A DNA stretch of 64,000 bases from an uncultured Cytophagales bacterium (GTDB lineage Bacteria > Bacteroidota > Bacteroidia > Cytophagales > Cyclobacteriaceae), in assembly GCA_963793215.1 (NCBI GenBank), contig CAWBZE010000005.1, positions 1,291,746-1,355,745 of the forward strand, read 5' to 3'. This document shows, piece by piece, positions 23,599 through 33,055 of this stretch; within the stretch, counting starts at the first letter, position 1, and every line of letters begins with the position of its first letter. The notes under the pieces are model-generated. The model was not told the origin of the DNA. It worked only from the letters and a program-made list of their open reading frames with translations, and made no database searches. The position numbers and the translations under genes were made by a program.

Positions 23599-25029
23599 AT
23601 GGCTGTCATCGACGATGCTACCGAATATACAACCCACGACCGCAAACTAGCCAGCCAGCTACCTGACACTGGGCAACCGCGGCTAGTAGTAATCGGCGGA
23701 GGCTTTGGCGGTATTCAACTCCTCAAAAACTTCAACCTCAAGAACGTGCAGGTGGTAATGATCGACCGGCACAACTACCATACGTTTCAGCCTTTGCTTT
23801 ACCAAGTGGCCACCGCTGGTCTGGAACCGGACTCCATTGCGGCCCCTTTGCGCAAGGTCTTTGAAGACCGCAAGAATTTTTTCTTTCGCATGGCGAAGGT
23901 GGAGTCGATCAGTCCCGATGAGATGATGATCAATACCAACATCGGCCGTATTCGCTACGACTTTTTGGTTATTTCCACCGGCACCCATACCAACTATTTT
24001 GGTAACGAGAAAATCCGTAACCTAGCATTTCCGCTCAAGCAGGTGCCGCAGGCCCTGAACCTGCGCAGCCAGATTCTGCAAAACTTTGAAAAGGCCGTCA
24101 CGTCCGATGATCCCGAGGAGATTGATCGTCTCACCAATTTTGTGGTAGTGGGGGGCGGCCCCACCGGAGTAGAACTGGCCGGAGCGCTGGGCGAACTTAA
24201 AAAGTACGTGCTTCCCCGCGACTATCCCGACCTGGATTTCAAGACGATGAAAGTCTTTCTGGTAGAGGGTTTAGACCGTTTGCTCCCGCCCATGTCCGAA
24301 GAATCGGGCCGCCGCGCCCTCAAAGATCTGGAAGAGCGCTTTGAAACCAATGTATTGCTCAATACGATGGTCGAGGACTACGATGGCTACGAAGTGACTT
24401 TAAGTACTGGCGAGAAAATAATTGCCGAAACCCTAATCTGGGCCGCCGGAGTCACCGGCCGCATTGTGAAGGGACTGGACAAGGCTAAAACCGAGAAGAG
24501 CCGCTACGTGGTGGATAATTATAGTCGGGTGAAGGGATACACTGATATCTTCGCTATTGGCGACATCGCGTATATGGAGTGCGAAGCTTACCCGAAAGGA
24601 CATCCACAAGTAGCCCCGGTGGCCATGCAGCAGGGCGAGCGCCTGGCCAAGAACCTCAAAGCGCTCTTTGAAGATAAGGCGTTAAAACCATTTGACTACT
24701 TTGATAAAGGAACGATGGCTACTATTGGCCGCAACCGCGCCGTGGCCGACTTGCCCAACGGCATGAAATTTTGGGGTTTACCTGCCTGGCTGGCCTGGAT
24801 GTTTATCCACTTACTCTACTTAGTTAGTTTCCGCCAAAAACTGATCACTTTAGGCAACTGGACGTGGAACTACTTTACTTACGATCGCGGTACGCGCCTG
24901 ATTATCCGTCCCTTTAATTATCGAAAAGCAGTGGCCGAGAAAAAATCGTACTTCGACCAAGACGAAGAGGTGACCGGACAGAAAGAGGGCGAGGCTAAAG
25001 AGGCAGAAGAAGGCTCCTGGTCGTCCTAA
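23599..25029 (+). CDS. ndh: Type II NADH dehydrogenase (NDH-2) / NAD(P)/FAD-dependent oxidoreductase
   Basis: Two dinucleotide folds are present, VVIGGGFGG and VVVGGGPTGVELAG. The length and the C-terminal membrane-anchoring helix region are typical of NDH-2. Confidence 0.85.
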   Translation: MAVIDDATEYTTHDRKLASQLPDTGQPRLVVIGGGFGGIQLLKNFNLKNVQVVMIDRHNYHTFQPLLYQVATAGLEPDSIAAPLRKVFEDRKNFFFRMAKVESISPDEMMINTNIGRIRYDFLVISTGTHTNYFGNEKIRNLAFPLKQVPQALNLRSQILQNFEKAVTSDDPEEIDRLTNFVVVGGGPTGVELAGALGELKKYVLPRDYPDLDFKTMKVFLVEGLDRLLPPMSEESGRRALKDLEERFETNVLLNTMVEDYDGYEVTLSTGEKIIAETLIWAAGVTGRIVKGLDKAKTEKSRYVVDNYSRVKGYTDIFAIGDIAYMECEAYPKGHPQVAPVAMQQGERLAKNLKALFEDKALKPFDYFDKGTMATIGRNRAVADLPNGMKFWGLPAWLAWMFIHLLYLVSFRQKLITLGNWTWNYFTYDRGTRLIIRPFNYRKAVAEKKSYFDQDEEVTGQKEGEAKEAEEGSWSS

Positions 25030-25093
25030 CCTAAAAACCCGCCTGAGCACGGCTCAAGCAGGTTAGTTGGTTGACTGTATTAGTATTAGCTTT

Positions 25094-25651
25094 CTAAAAC
25101 TTAAACGAAACGCCTATATTAATTGGAATGTAGGACACGTTTTGATCAAAGGCCAGTTCGGTGAAAGGAATTGACTCGTTCACGAACACGGTATGATACT
25201 CGGCGTTCGCATGGATGGCGATTTGAGAGTTAATTGGGTAACGCACCCCTACCGTTGGAGCCAGCCCAAAATAGCTGCGCGTGATGCTCAAGAAGGTATT
25301 GACACGAACGTTGTATACTCCGCCGCTCAGACCAATGTAGGGCTGCACTCCCGCCACGGCGGGCGAGAACTCCACCGAAGCGGTAATCGGAGTCATGGTG
25401 AAGTCTAGTCCGGGAATGCTGACCCCAGCGGCGTTAGCGCCGAAGCGGTAGTGCTGGAAAGACACTCCCGCTCGCACGTGCTCACTGATTGCATAAGCGC
25501 CTTGCAAGCCAAATCCGTAGCCCATTTCCGCAAAGTTGGCAAAATTACCGGTAGGAAAGGCCGGTCCCGCTGAGGGAATTAGTATAAGTTGCGCCTGGCT
25601 GATGGTCCAGGTGCCAATGCTCAATACCAGGGTTGAGAAGATCGTTTTCAT
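25094..25651 (-). CDS. Small outer-membrane beta-barrel protein
   Basis: 185 aa with a signal peptide ending AQ, an alternating hydrophobic beta-strand pattern and a C-terminal aromatic residue (...GVSFKF). Confidence 0.65.
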   Translation of the reverse strand: MKTIFSTLVLSIGTWTISQAQLILIPSAGPAFPTGNFANFAEMGYGFGLQGAYAISEHVRAGVSFQHYRFGANAAGVSIPGLDFTMTPITASVEFSPAVAGVQPYIGLSGGVYNVRVNTFLSITRSYFGLAPTVGVRYPINSQIAIHANAEYHTVFVNESIPFTELAFDQNVSYIPINIGVSFKF

Positions 25652-25796
25652 TGTATCGTAAGGTTAAGATGAAACATCGTTGATACCTTACGTAGGCAAG
25701 TTTTGTGCTACTTGCGCCAAAAAACGAATAGCTAGCACAATTTCTGATAAATATAAAATATAACATACTGACTGTCAGATGATTACACTTTATGAT

Positions 25797-26939
25797 TTAT
25801 TCTGAACTGATCAGAAAAAGAGCTTCAGCAATACCATCGGCAATTATTTTGCCGCTATTTGTTAATATAAGTCGGTTTTCTTGCACCACTGCTTTGCCTT
25901 CCTCAGCAAGTCGATTGACGTAAGCTGAATGTTCCTGATAAAGGTCGTACTCAAAGTGGTTTTTGAGTTCTTCTAAATCACATCCCCACTTGGTACGTAG
26001 TCCGGTCATCACCCGTTCGTTGATCTGATCGTAGCGCGACAAAACTTCTCGCTCAAAAGGAACCACTCCTTCTGTCAATGCCTGTTGGTACTTCGCGTTG
26101 TGCGCCACATTATACTGTCGGCTCTCTCCGTCGTACGAATGAGCACTCGGGCCAATCCCCAGGTATTTCTGGTTTTGCCAGTAGCTTGTGTTGTGCTGGG
26201 CGTAATAGTCTGCTTGGCAAAAGTTAGATACCTCGTAGGGATCAAAACCCGCCGTGACAAGCGTGGTATTTAGTAGCTCAAACTGTTCGGCGGCGAAGGC
26301 ATCGCTCACCGCCCGCAACTTGCCCTGCTGCTGCCATCGACCAAACACCGTCTTTTCTTCAATCGTTAGGCAGTACGAGGAAATATGTTGCGGATGCAGA
26401 GCCACCGCCTGGGCCAAGTCGCGTTCCCAAATGCGGTGGTCTTCGGCAGGAATGGCGTAGATCAGATCAATGCTGATGTTGTCAAAACCTACATCTTGGG
26501 CCTGCTGCACGCACCGAACGGCTTCATCGGCCCGGTGTGCCCGGTTTAAATACCGCAGGTGCGGTTCGTGAAACGACTGAATGCCAATGCTCAAGCGGTT
26601 GATTCCTACCGTGCGCAAATCCTTTAGTTTAGCAAGATTTAGATCATCAGGATTGGCCTCGAGCGTAATCTCTGGTTGGGCAACCACGGGATAGTGCTGA
26701 TAAACCGTAGCCAGTAACTGATCCAACTCGGCAGCCGTGAGCAACGAGGGGGTACCACCGCCTAAGTAGATCGTCTGCACCGCCTCCCCACCCAGGTAGT
26801 TGCGCTGAAGAGTCAGCTCCTCGGCCAAAGCACGTGCCATTTCCTCCCGATGCCGCGTATTCGTGCTAAAGTGAAAATCGCAGTAGTGACACGCCTGCTT
26901 GCAAAATGGAATGTGTAGGTAAATTCCGGCCATAGGCAT
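25797..26939 (-). CDS. hemW: Radical SAM heme chaperone HemW (coproporphyrinogen III oxidase-like)
   Basis: YLHIPFCKQACHYCDF (CxxxCxxC) followed by an HemN_C-like C-terminus. I prefer ATG 26939 or 26933 over 27032. Confidence 0.85.
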   Translation of the reverse strand: MPMAGIYLHIPFCKQACHYCDFHFSTNTRHREEMARALAEELTLQRNYLGGEAVQTIYLGGGTPSLLTAAELDQLLATVYQHYPVVAQPEITLEANPDDLNLAKLKDLRTVGINRLSIGIQSFHEPHLRYLNRAHRADEAVRCVQQAQDVGFDNISIDLIYAIPAEDHRIWERDLAQAVALHPQHISSYCLTIEEKTVFGRWQQQGKLRAVSDAFAAEQFELLNTTLVTAGFDPYEVSNFCQADYYAQHNTSYWQNQKYLGIGPSAHSYDGESRQYNVAHNAKYQQALTEGVVPFEREVLSRYDQINERVMTGLRTKWGCDLEELKNHFEYDLYQEHSAYVNRLAEEGKAVVQENRLILTNSGKIIADGIAEALFLISSE

Positions 26940-27053
26940 TCTAACGTGCGCTCCTCTTCCCCCGTTCCTAAAATCCAGCCATTCGAACCGCTGTCTCTGC
27001 TCATTCAATTTTTCTTCCTTGAATCCTGACAATTTCCTGCTTAACCTTGTTCG

Positions 27054-27620
27054 ATGGAAATCAATTGGATAGAAGCGCTGGCCCTGGTGTTCGGACTAGT
27101 TGCGGTATACCTCAACACCCGCGAGATTGTGTGGGGCTGGCCGGTGGGCATCGTAGGGGTGGTGCTCAGCGGCATGCTGTTCTACGAAGTTCGACTCTAC
27201 TCAGATTTGATTTTGCACGTAGTTTACGTTGTGCTAGGTTTCTACGGGTGGTATGAATGGCTGTACGGCGGCCGGAACAACGCTGCGTTGCGCGTGAACA
27301 CGCTTTCGTCGGCTGCGATTTTGACGCTGCTGGCGCTGGGTGCCGTCGGAATGGGTGCTATTGGTTACGCCTTCGATCACTATACGGATGCCGACCTGGC
27401 CTACTGGGACGCCTTCACCACCTCGTTCAGCTTGGTGGGGCAGTATATGCTGGCGAAGAAAAAGCTGGAGAACTGGCTGCTGTGGATTGGGGTGGATGCG
27501 GTAGCGACGGGCATCTACGCCTACAAAGAACTTTACTTACTGTCGCTGCTCTACTTTTTGTACCTCGGACTAGCCGCTTACGGATACCAGCAGTGGAAAA
27601 AAACGCTGGCTCATGCTTAA
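27054..27620 (+). CDS. pnuC: PnuC-family nicotinamide riboside (or related vitamin) transporter
   Basis: 188 aa with 7 TM helices. WIEALALVFGLVAVYLNTRE...WGWPVG and YGWYEW resemble PnuC. Confidence 0.8.
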   Translation: MEINWIEALALVFGLVAVYLNTREIVWGWPVGIVGVVLSGMLFYEVRLYSDLILHVVYVVLGFYGWYEWLYGGRNNAALRVNTLSSAAILTLLALGAVGMGAIGYAFDHYTDADLAYWDAFTTSFSLVGQYMLAKKKLENWLLWIGVDAVATGIYAYKELYLLSLLYFLYLGLAAYGYQQWKKTLAHA

Positions 27621-28122
27621 GATAGTGGTCACCGGTCCCGAGTCCAGCGGAAAAACCACCTTGGCCCAAGCGCTGGCGGCGCACTACCAAGTGCCCTGGG
27701 TGGCCGAATACGCCCGATCCTACATTGAACAGCTTGCGCAACCCTACCAAGAGGAAGATTTGCTGGCGATTGCTCAAGGGCAGGTGCAGCGCGAAGATGA
27801 GCAAGCGCAAACGAATCCGCACTTGCTCATCTGCGACACCAGCTTGCTGGTGATTTACGTGTGGAGCCACTACCGCTACGGCCGCTGCCACCCCTGGATT
27901 GCGAGACAACTCGCCCGCCGCCCCGTGGATCATTACCTACTCTGCTCCCCCGACCTCCCCTGGCAGCCCGACCCCCAGCGCGAAAACCCGACCGACCGCC
28001 CCGAACTGTTTGCCCAATACGAAGCAGCACTGCGCGAAAAATCCTACACCGTTGTAGCCGGTCAGGGAAAGATTCGGCTTGAAACCGCGATCAACGTAAG
28101 CGACCGTTTGCTCAAGCCGTAG
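27613..28122 (+). CDS. AAA-family ATPase, NadR-type ribosylnicotinamide kinase-like
   Basis: Walker A GPESSGKTTLAQAL followed by WVAEYAR.Y. It overlaps the pnuC stop by 8 nt. Confidence 0.7.
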   Translation: MLKIVVTGPESSGKTTLAQALAAHYQVPWVAEYARSYIEQLAQPYQEEDLLAIAQGQVQREDEQAQTNPHLLICDTSLLVIYVWSHYRYGRCHPWIARQLARRPVDHYLLCSPDLPWQPDPQRENPTDRPELFAQYEAALREKSYTVVAGQGKIRLETAINVSDRLLKP

Positions 28123-28130
28123 TTTCTGAA

Positions 28131-28138
28131 TACATTTG
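28131..28138 (+). promoter_or_regulatory. TAnnTTTG -7 box immediately upstream of the TPP riboswitch
   Basis: TACATTTG at 28131-28138 with a TTG at 28108-28110 (20-nt spacer). The riboswitch aptamer starts a few nt downstream. Confidence 0.5.
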
Positions 28139-28140
28139 TC

Positions 28141-28220
28141 GCACAGGGGTGCCCTATAACAGCGGGCTGAGATTATACCCATTGAACCTGATCCGGGTAA
28201 TGCCGGCGAAGGGATACGGT
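28141..28220 (+). ncRNA. TPP (THI-box) riboswitch aptamer
   Basis: aGGGGTGCcc...gGGCTGAGAttatACCCattgAACCTGATCcGGgTAATGCCgGCGaAGGGA. It contains the invariant CUGAGA and ACCUGAUC.GG.UAAUGCC.GCG..GGGA blocks of RF00059 in the correct order and spacing. Confidence 0.9.
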
Positions 28221-28286
28221 ATGGTAATTATACGTGGGGCGTTCATTCCCCTAGCTCCCGATTTATTTACCAAATTACAACTCAAT

Positions 28287-30623
28287 ATGCGATCTTTTTT
28301 CATTGGTCTGGCCGCCAGCGTGATGCTCTCCGCCAGCGGGTGGGCTCAGCGGGTGGTGCAAGGCAAAATAACCGACCGTCAGCAACAGCCTTTGATAGGA
28401 GCCACCGTCGTAGTGCCCCAAACCACCCAGGGAACGGTAACCGATTCCCGGGGATTTTATCAATTGAGTGGGAAGGCAGCGTCTCTAGAAATTCAGGTGA
28501 GCTATGTGGGCTATCAAACCCAAACAATATCGCTCACCGCTACCGAAGACACCCTCATTCAAAGTGTAGTACTCCGCGAAAAAGCTTCGCTAGAGGAAGT
28601 GGTGATCCGGGCCGTTCGGGCCGATGAACGAGCACCGGTGACCCAAACCACCGTTGATCAGCAGGGCATCGAGGCCGTTTATGTCGGACAAGACGCCTTG
28701 TTTGCCCTGGAAGAATTGACTCCCGCTATCCTGGCTTACTCTGAATCGGGCACTAATTTTGGCAACTACGGGCAGATGCGCCTGCGTGGAATAGACCAAA
28801 CCCGCATCAACATCACCCTCGATGGGGTGCCGCTCAACGATATGATCGACCAGGGTGTGTTCTTCTCCAATTTCACCGATTTTGGCAACAGCATCGCCTC
28901 GGTGCAGGTGCAGCGCGGGGTGGGCACCAGCACCAACGGCACCGCTTCCTACGCCGGTTCGATCAATTTCGAGTCAGTTAACCTCAACGACAGCGTGCCG
29001 AGCGTGGAGGTGCAACTGCTGGGTGGCTCGTTCGATACCTACCGCGCCAGCGGCGAAGTAAAAACCGGACTGCTCGACAACCAAACCGCCTTCTACGGCC
29101 GCTTCACCCGCACCCTTTCCGACGGTTACCGCGACCACACCAGCACCAATTCCTACTCCTTCTTCTTCTCCGGAGGCTACTTCGGAAGGAAAGATCTGCT
29201 AAAAATAACCGGCTTCACGGGGCGCAGCCAGAACGGCTTGGCCTACTTGCCGGTGGCCCTGCCTGATATTCAGTGCCGTCCCGAAACCAACTACGTGTCG
29301 GAGAACGACATTGACGACTTTGGGCAGTCGCTGGTGCAGTTGCGGTACACGCGCTTCGTGGGGGTGAATACTTCCTGGACTTCAACGCTGTACTACGGCG
29401 CGGCCGGAGGGGACTTCCCCGCCGGATTCTCGGAGCCAGCGAATACTTTTTCGGTCAATGGATTGGATACAACTTTCGCCACCACCGACCGGTTCACGCA
29501 GCTCAATTATCCTTTATTTAATGATCACTACGGGCTGACGTCTTCGGTGGGTCATACCTCCAACAATGGCCGCTGGGAGCTGAACGGGGGAGTGCATGCC
29601 TATACTTTTCGGAGGAAAAACATAGAAACGATCATTCCGGATGATGCTAGCCCGTATTACCAGGATCGTTCGCACAAGGATGAATTCAGCTCCTTCTCCA
29701 AACTTAGCTATTCGCAGAATCACTGGTTGCTGTTTGCCGATTTGCAACTGCGCACTGTGACGCTAGGTCTGCAAACCGATCCAATGTTTTTGGGGCAACC
29801 CGCGCCCATTCCTGACCGGCAGTGGTTTTTCGTGAACCCAAAAGTGGGCGTAACCTACTCGGTAAGCTCTCAGACTAACCTGTACGCCTCCTACGGCCGC
29901 AGTGGTCGCGAACCAACCCGCTTCGATATTTTAGGCTCTACGCAGATCAATACGTTCAATCTGGCGAGTGTGCAGAATATTGATGCCGTGAAAGCCGAGT
30001 ACGTCAACGATTTTGAGGCGGGGGTGCGATTTCGCACTGAGCGATTGAGCGGACAGGCGAACCTGTTCTACATGCAGTTCACCAATGAGATTGCCCCCAT
30101 TGGTCAGGCGATCCCCGAAGGGTTTGTGCAACTGCGGAAAAACATTGCGAGCAGCTACCGCCGTGGTCTGGAACTAGAGTGGCAATATCGTCTTTTTCCG
30201 GTACTATCGTTTGTAGGCAATTTGGCCTACTTGCAGAGCAATATCGACACCTTCAATCCGGAAGACGAAGAGCGAGTTTACTACGACGTGGAACCAATTA
30301 TTAGCCCGTCCTGGATCGCCAACGGCGCGCTTCAGTACCAAACCGAGCTATTTTCGGTGGCTTTGAACGCTCGCTACGTGAGTGAGTCGTTTCTAGAACC
30401 GACCAACCGCCCGGACCTTACCCTCCCGGCTTTCTTCGTGCTGGATGCCCAGGCTTCGGTGCGCTTTCTGAAGGATCAGGAGCTTAGTCTGCACGCCAAC
30501 AATTTGCTTAATCAGCCTTACTATACCTTCGGGCAGCCGGTAACCGTCGGCGAAACCACCGTACCGGGCTACTTTGTGCAAGCTCCGCTCAGTGTGTATG
30601 CCCTCTTACGCCTTAAATTTTAG
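28287..30623 (+). CDS. TonB-dependent receptor (riboswitch-controlled; candidate thiamine/thiamine-moiety receptor)
   Basis: Signal peptide MRSFFIGLAASVMLSASGWAQ, a CarboxypepD_reg-like N-domain (VVQGKITD...PLIGATVVV), then plug and barrel with a terminal ...LLRLKF. The track start at 28149 overlaps the riboswitch, so I reject it. Confidence 0.9.
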   Translation: MRSFFIGLAASVMLSASGWAQRVVQGKITDRQQQPLIGATVVVPQTTQGTVTDSRGFYQLSGKAASLEIQVSYVGYQTQTISLTATEDTLIQSVVLREKASLEEVVIRAVRADERAPVTQTTVDQQGIEAVYVGQDALFALEELTPAILAYSESGTNFGNYGQMRLRGIDQTRINITLDGVPLNDMIDQGVFFSNFTDFGNSIASVQVQRGVGTSTNGTASYAGSINFESVNLNDSVPSVEVQLLGGSFDTYRASGEVKTGLLDNQTAFYGRFTRTLSDGYRDHTSTNSYSFFFSGGYFGRKDLLKITGFTGRSQNGLAYLPVALPDIQCRPETNYVSENDIDDFGQSLVQLRYTRFVGVNTSWTSTLYYGAAGGDFPAGFSEPANTFSVNGLDTTFATTDRFTQLNYPLFNDHYGLTSSVGHTSNNGRWELNGGVHAYTFRRKNIETIIPDDASPYYQDRSHKDEFSSFSKLSYSQNHWLLFADLQLRTVTLGLQTDPMFLGQPAPIPDRQWFFVNPKVGVTYSVSSQTNLYASYGRSGREPTRFDILGSTQINTFNLASVQNIDAVKAEYVNDFEAGVRFRTERLSGQANLFYMQFTNEIAPIGQAIPEGFVQLRKNIASSYRRGLELEWQYRLFPVLSFVGNLAYLQSNIDTFNPEDEERVYYDVEPIISPSWIANGALQYQTELFSVALNARYVSESFLEPTNRPDLTLPAFFVLDAQASVRFLKDQELSLHANNLLNQPYYTFGQPVTVGETTVPGYFVQAPLSVYALLRLKF

Positions 30624-30704
30624 ATCAACCTTACGTTGTTGCTCCAATAATTCGTTTACCTCTTCATTGACTCATTCTTTCACTCATTCCTCTCCCCCCA
30701 ACCT

Positions 30705-31649
30705 ATGAAAATCACGCTCGCCCTTGATTGGTCTCCCAATACCCTACACGCCGGTTATTTCATTGCTGAAGCCGAAGGCTACTTTAAAGACAATCAGCTG
30801 GACGTAACGTTTGTTAGCCCGGAAGAAGACAACTACGCCACCACTCCGGCCAAAAAAGTTGCTGATCGACAGGCGCACGTAGCGGTGGCCCCTTCCGAAA
30901 GTGTCATCAGCTTCAACACGCTGCCCGATGCGGTGCCCCTGGTCGCGATCGCCGCCGTGTTACAAGAAGATGCCAGCGCCATTGTGACCCGGAGCGACAG
31001 TGGCATCACCCGCCCGGCGCAGCTCGACGGAAAAACTTTTGCTTCATACCAAGCCCGGTTTGAGGATGATATCGTCCGTCAACTCGTGCAGGCCGATGGC
31101 GGACAGGGTAATTTGACGATATCAAGTCCCGATAAACTGGAAATGTGGCGCACGGTAGCCGAAGGAACGGCCGATGCTACCTGGGTTTTCTTGCCGTGGG
31201 AAGGACCTAAAGCCCGCCACGAAGCGCAGATTACCTTTAACGCCTTCCACCTGAGCGATTATCGTATTCCGTACGGTTATTCGCCGCTTCTGGTCACCTA
31301 CGAGGAGCTTATTGAACAAGAACCTGAGCGGCTGCGAGCGTTCGTTCGGGCGGTGGAGAAGGGCTGGCACTTTGTCCACGATCACCCGGGTCGGGCTGCT
31401 GATATTTTATGCGACCATATCCGCCATCCTGACTTCCGGAATCGGAAGATGATCAAAGAATCGCTAAATTTGCTGCAACCTGCTATCCTGGGAGGTGGTA
31501 ACCGCTGGGGCTTTATGGACGGGACGCGCTGGCTCACTTGGGTAGAGTGGATGATCAACACAAAAGTGCTCAAAGATACTTCCGGTAATCCCATCAACTT
31601 CGGGCAAATCGACACCTCGATGCTTTACACCAACGACTTCTTTAAATGA
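30705..31649 (+). CDS. NMT1/THI5-like domain protein (no signal peptide)
   Basis: The N-terminus KITLALDWSPNTLHAGYFIAEAEGYFKDNQLDV parallels the yeast THI5 / bacterial ThiY fold start (KITFLLNWQPTPYH...GYFKEQGLD), as I recall it. Confidence 0.7.
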   Translation: MKITLALDWSPNTLHAGYFIAEAEGYFKDNQLDVTFVSPEEDNYATTPAKKVADRQAHVAVAPSESVISFNTLPDAVPLVAIAAVLQEDASAIVTRSDSGITRPAQLDGKTFASYQARFEDDIVRQLVQADGGQGNLTISSPDKLEMWRTVAEGTADATWVFLPWEGPKARHEAQITFNAFHLSDYRIPYGYSPLLVTYEELIEQEPERLRAFVRAVEKGWHFVHDHPGRAADILCDHIRHPDFRNRKMIKESLNLLQPAILGGGNRWGFMDGTRWLTWVEWMINTKVLKDTSGNPINFGQIDTSMLYTNDFFK

Positions 31650-31653
31650 CAGT

Positions 31654-33030
31654 ATGCTTGACGTCTTAAATCCTCAGAAGATTCCGGTGCTGGCCACCAC
31701 CGATATTTTGGTGATCGGCGCCGGGTCAGCCGGTTGCGCGGCGGCACTGGCGGCAGCCCAATCGAAGAAGTATAGAGTGATGCTGGTAGAACGCTACGGT
31801 TTCGCCGGGGGCACCTCTACCCAAATGCTGGATACTTTCTACGGTTTCTTCACCCCGGGGGATGCGCCTCGTAAAGTGGTGGGCGGCGTACCCGACCAAG
31901 TAGTTAACCGCCTTAAGCAAACGGGCGATATGTTTCTGCGCCCCAATACCTACGGAGCGGGCACGGGCGTTAATTACAACCCGGAACGTCTGAAACTGGT
32001 GTGGGACCAGATGATCCTGGAAGCGGGTATTAACTACTGGCTGCACACCCATCTGGTAGCGGTGGCCGAACGGGAAGAGGGTTTTACGGTCTGTATTTTC
32101 TGGAATAAAAACGGGTTTCACAGGGTGCGCGCCCGACGGGTTATCGATGCCTCGGGCGACGCTGACTTTTGCTGCCACGCGGGCTACGACTTCGAGTTGG
32201 CGGGCGAAGCGGAACCAGCGCAGAGCATGACGACCACCTTTCGAATGAGCAACGTTGATCTGGAACGATACGAGGCGGCGGGCGGCAAAAAGATGCTGCA
32301 GGAGAAGATGATCGGGGCGGTGGAACAAGAAACCCATCCCCTACCCCGAAAAAAAGGGTCGGCGCACGCCATGTGCCAGGAAAAGTGCATCGCCACCGTC
32401 GCGGTGAAGGTGGCCAATCTCCAGGCCATGAACGTGTCAGAACTCACCCAGGCCGAAATAGAGGGGCGGCGGCAGACATTCATCTACGAACGCTTTTTCC
32501 AGCAAGCAGTGCCCGGCTACGAACGGGCCAGCGTCATCGGTATGTCGCACCACATCGGAGTGCGAGAAACCCGGCGCGTGTACGGCGAGGAGCGCCTCAC
32601 CAAAGAACAGTGCATGGCGGGGTTCATCCCCAATGATCGCATACTGCTGTGCGGTGCCCCAATAGAAGACCACCGCCTGGGAAAAGACGGTGAAGAAGAA
32701 ACCATCTGGGAATACGTGCCGAATGCCGGAGTGTACGGTGTCTCCTACGGAGCCATCGTGCCAAGGAGAAGTGATACCGCCTGGGTAGTGGGCCGCTGCT
32801 TCTCGGCCACCCACGATGCCCACGCTTCGTGCCGCTCGATGGGCCAGACCATGTCGATGGGCCAGGCCGCGGGGATTGCCGCCGTGCTTTCGCTAGATGC
32901 TGATACCAATGCGACTGGTGTTGCTATCAACGATCTGCAAGAATCGCTGCTGAAGCTAGGAGCCGTGCTGGAGTTTCCGGCTCATCTAGCCGATACTTCG
33001 CCCGACGGATGGGGAAAGACCGTATCCTAA
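31654..33030 (+). CDS. FAD-dependent oxidoreductase (FAD_oxidored-type)
   Basis: The dinucleotide fold is DILVIGAGSAGCAAALAAA...VERYGFAGG. The protein is 458 aa and starts 5 nt after the upstream stop. Confidence 0.75.
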   Translation: MLDVLNPQKIPVLATTDILVIGAGSAGCAAALAAAQSKKYRVMLVERYGFAGGTSTQMLDTFYGFFTPGDAPRKVVGGVPDQVVNRLKQTGDMFLRPNTYGAGTGVNYNPERLKLVWDQMILEAGINYWLHTHLVAVAEREEGFTVCIFWNKNGFHRVRARRVIDASGDADFCCHAGYDFELAGEAEPAQSMTTTFRMSNVDLERYEAAGGKKMLQEKMIGAVEQETHPLPRKKGSAHAMCQEKCIATVAVKVANLQAMNVSELTQAEIEGRRQTFIYERFFQQAVPGYERASVIGMSHHIGVRETRRVYGEERLTKEQCMAGFIPNDRILLCGAPIEDHRLGKDGEEETIWEYVPNAGVYGVSYGAIVPRRSDTAWVVGRCFSATHDAHASCRSMGQTMSMGQAAGIAAVLSLDADTNATGVAINDLQESLLKLGAVLEFPAHLADTSPDGWGKTVS

Positions 33031-33055
33031 AGAATGCAAGCACTAACCAAATGTT

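Noticed and set aside
26940-27053. NAD+-II (pnuC-motif) riboswitch upstream of pnuC.
   Set aside because: I could see no conserved pseudoknot or ACANCCCC-like element. That motif is known mainly from Streptococcus, and this spacer looks like a plain divergent promoter region.
28149-28286. N-terminal extension of the TonB receptor ORF given in the track (start 28149).
   Set aside because: It overlaps the TPP riboswitch aptamer. A canonical signal peptide begins at ATG 28287. I rejected similar track extensions for metH-N (19523), hemW (27032), the M15 peptidase (53057), tnpB (19517), the DUF4271 gene (34194), hemD (35492) and porP (36399).
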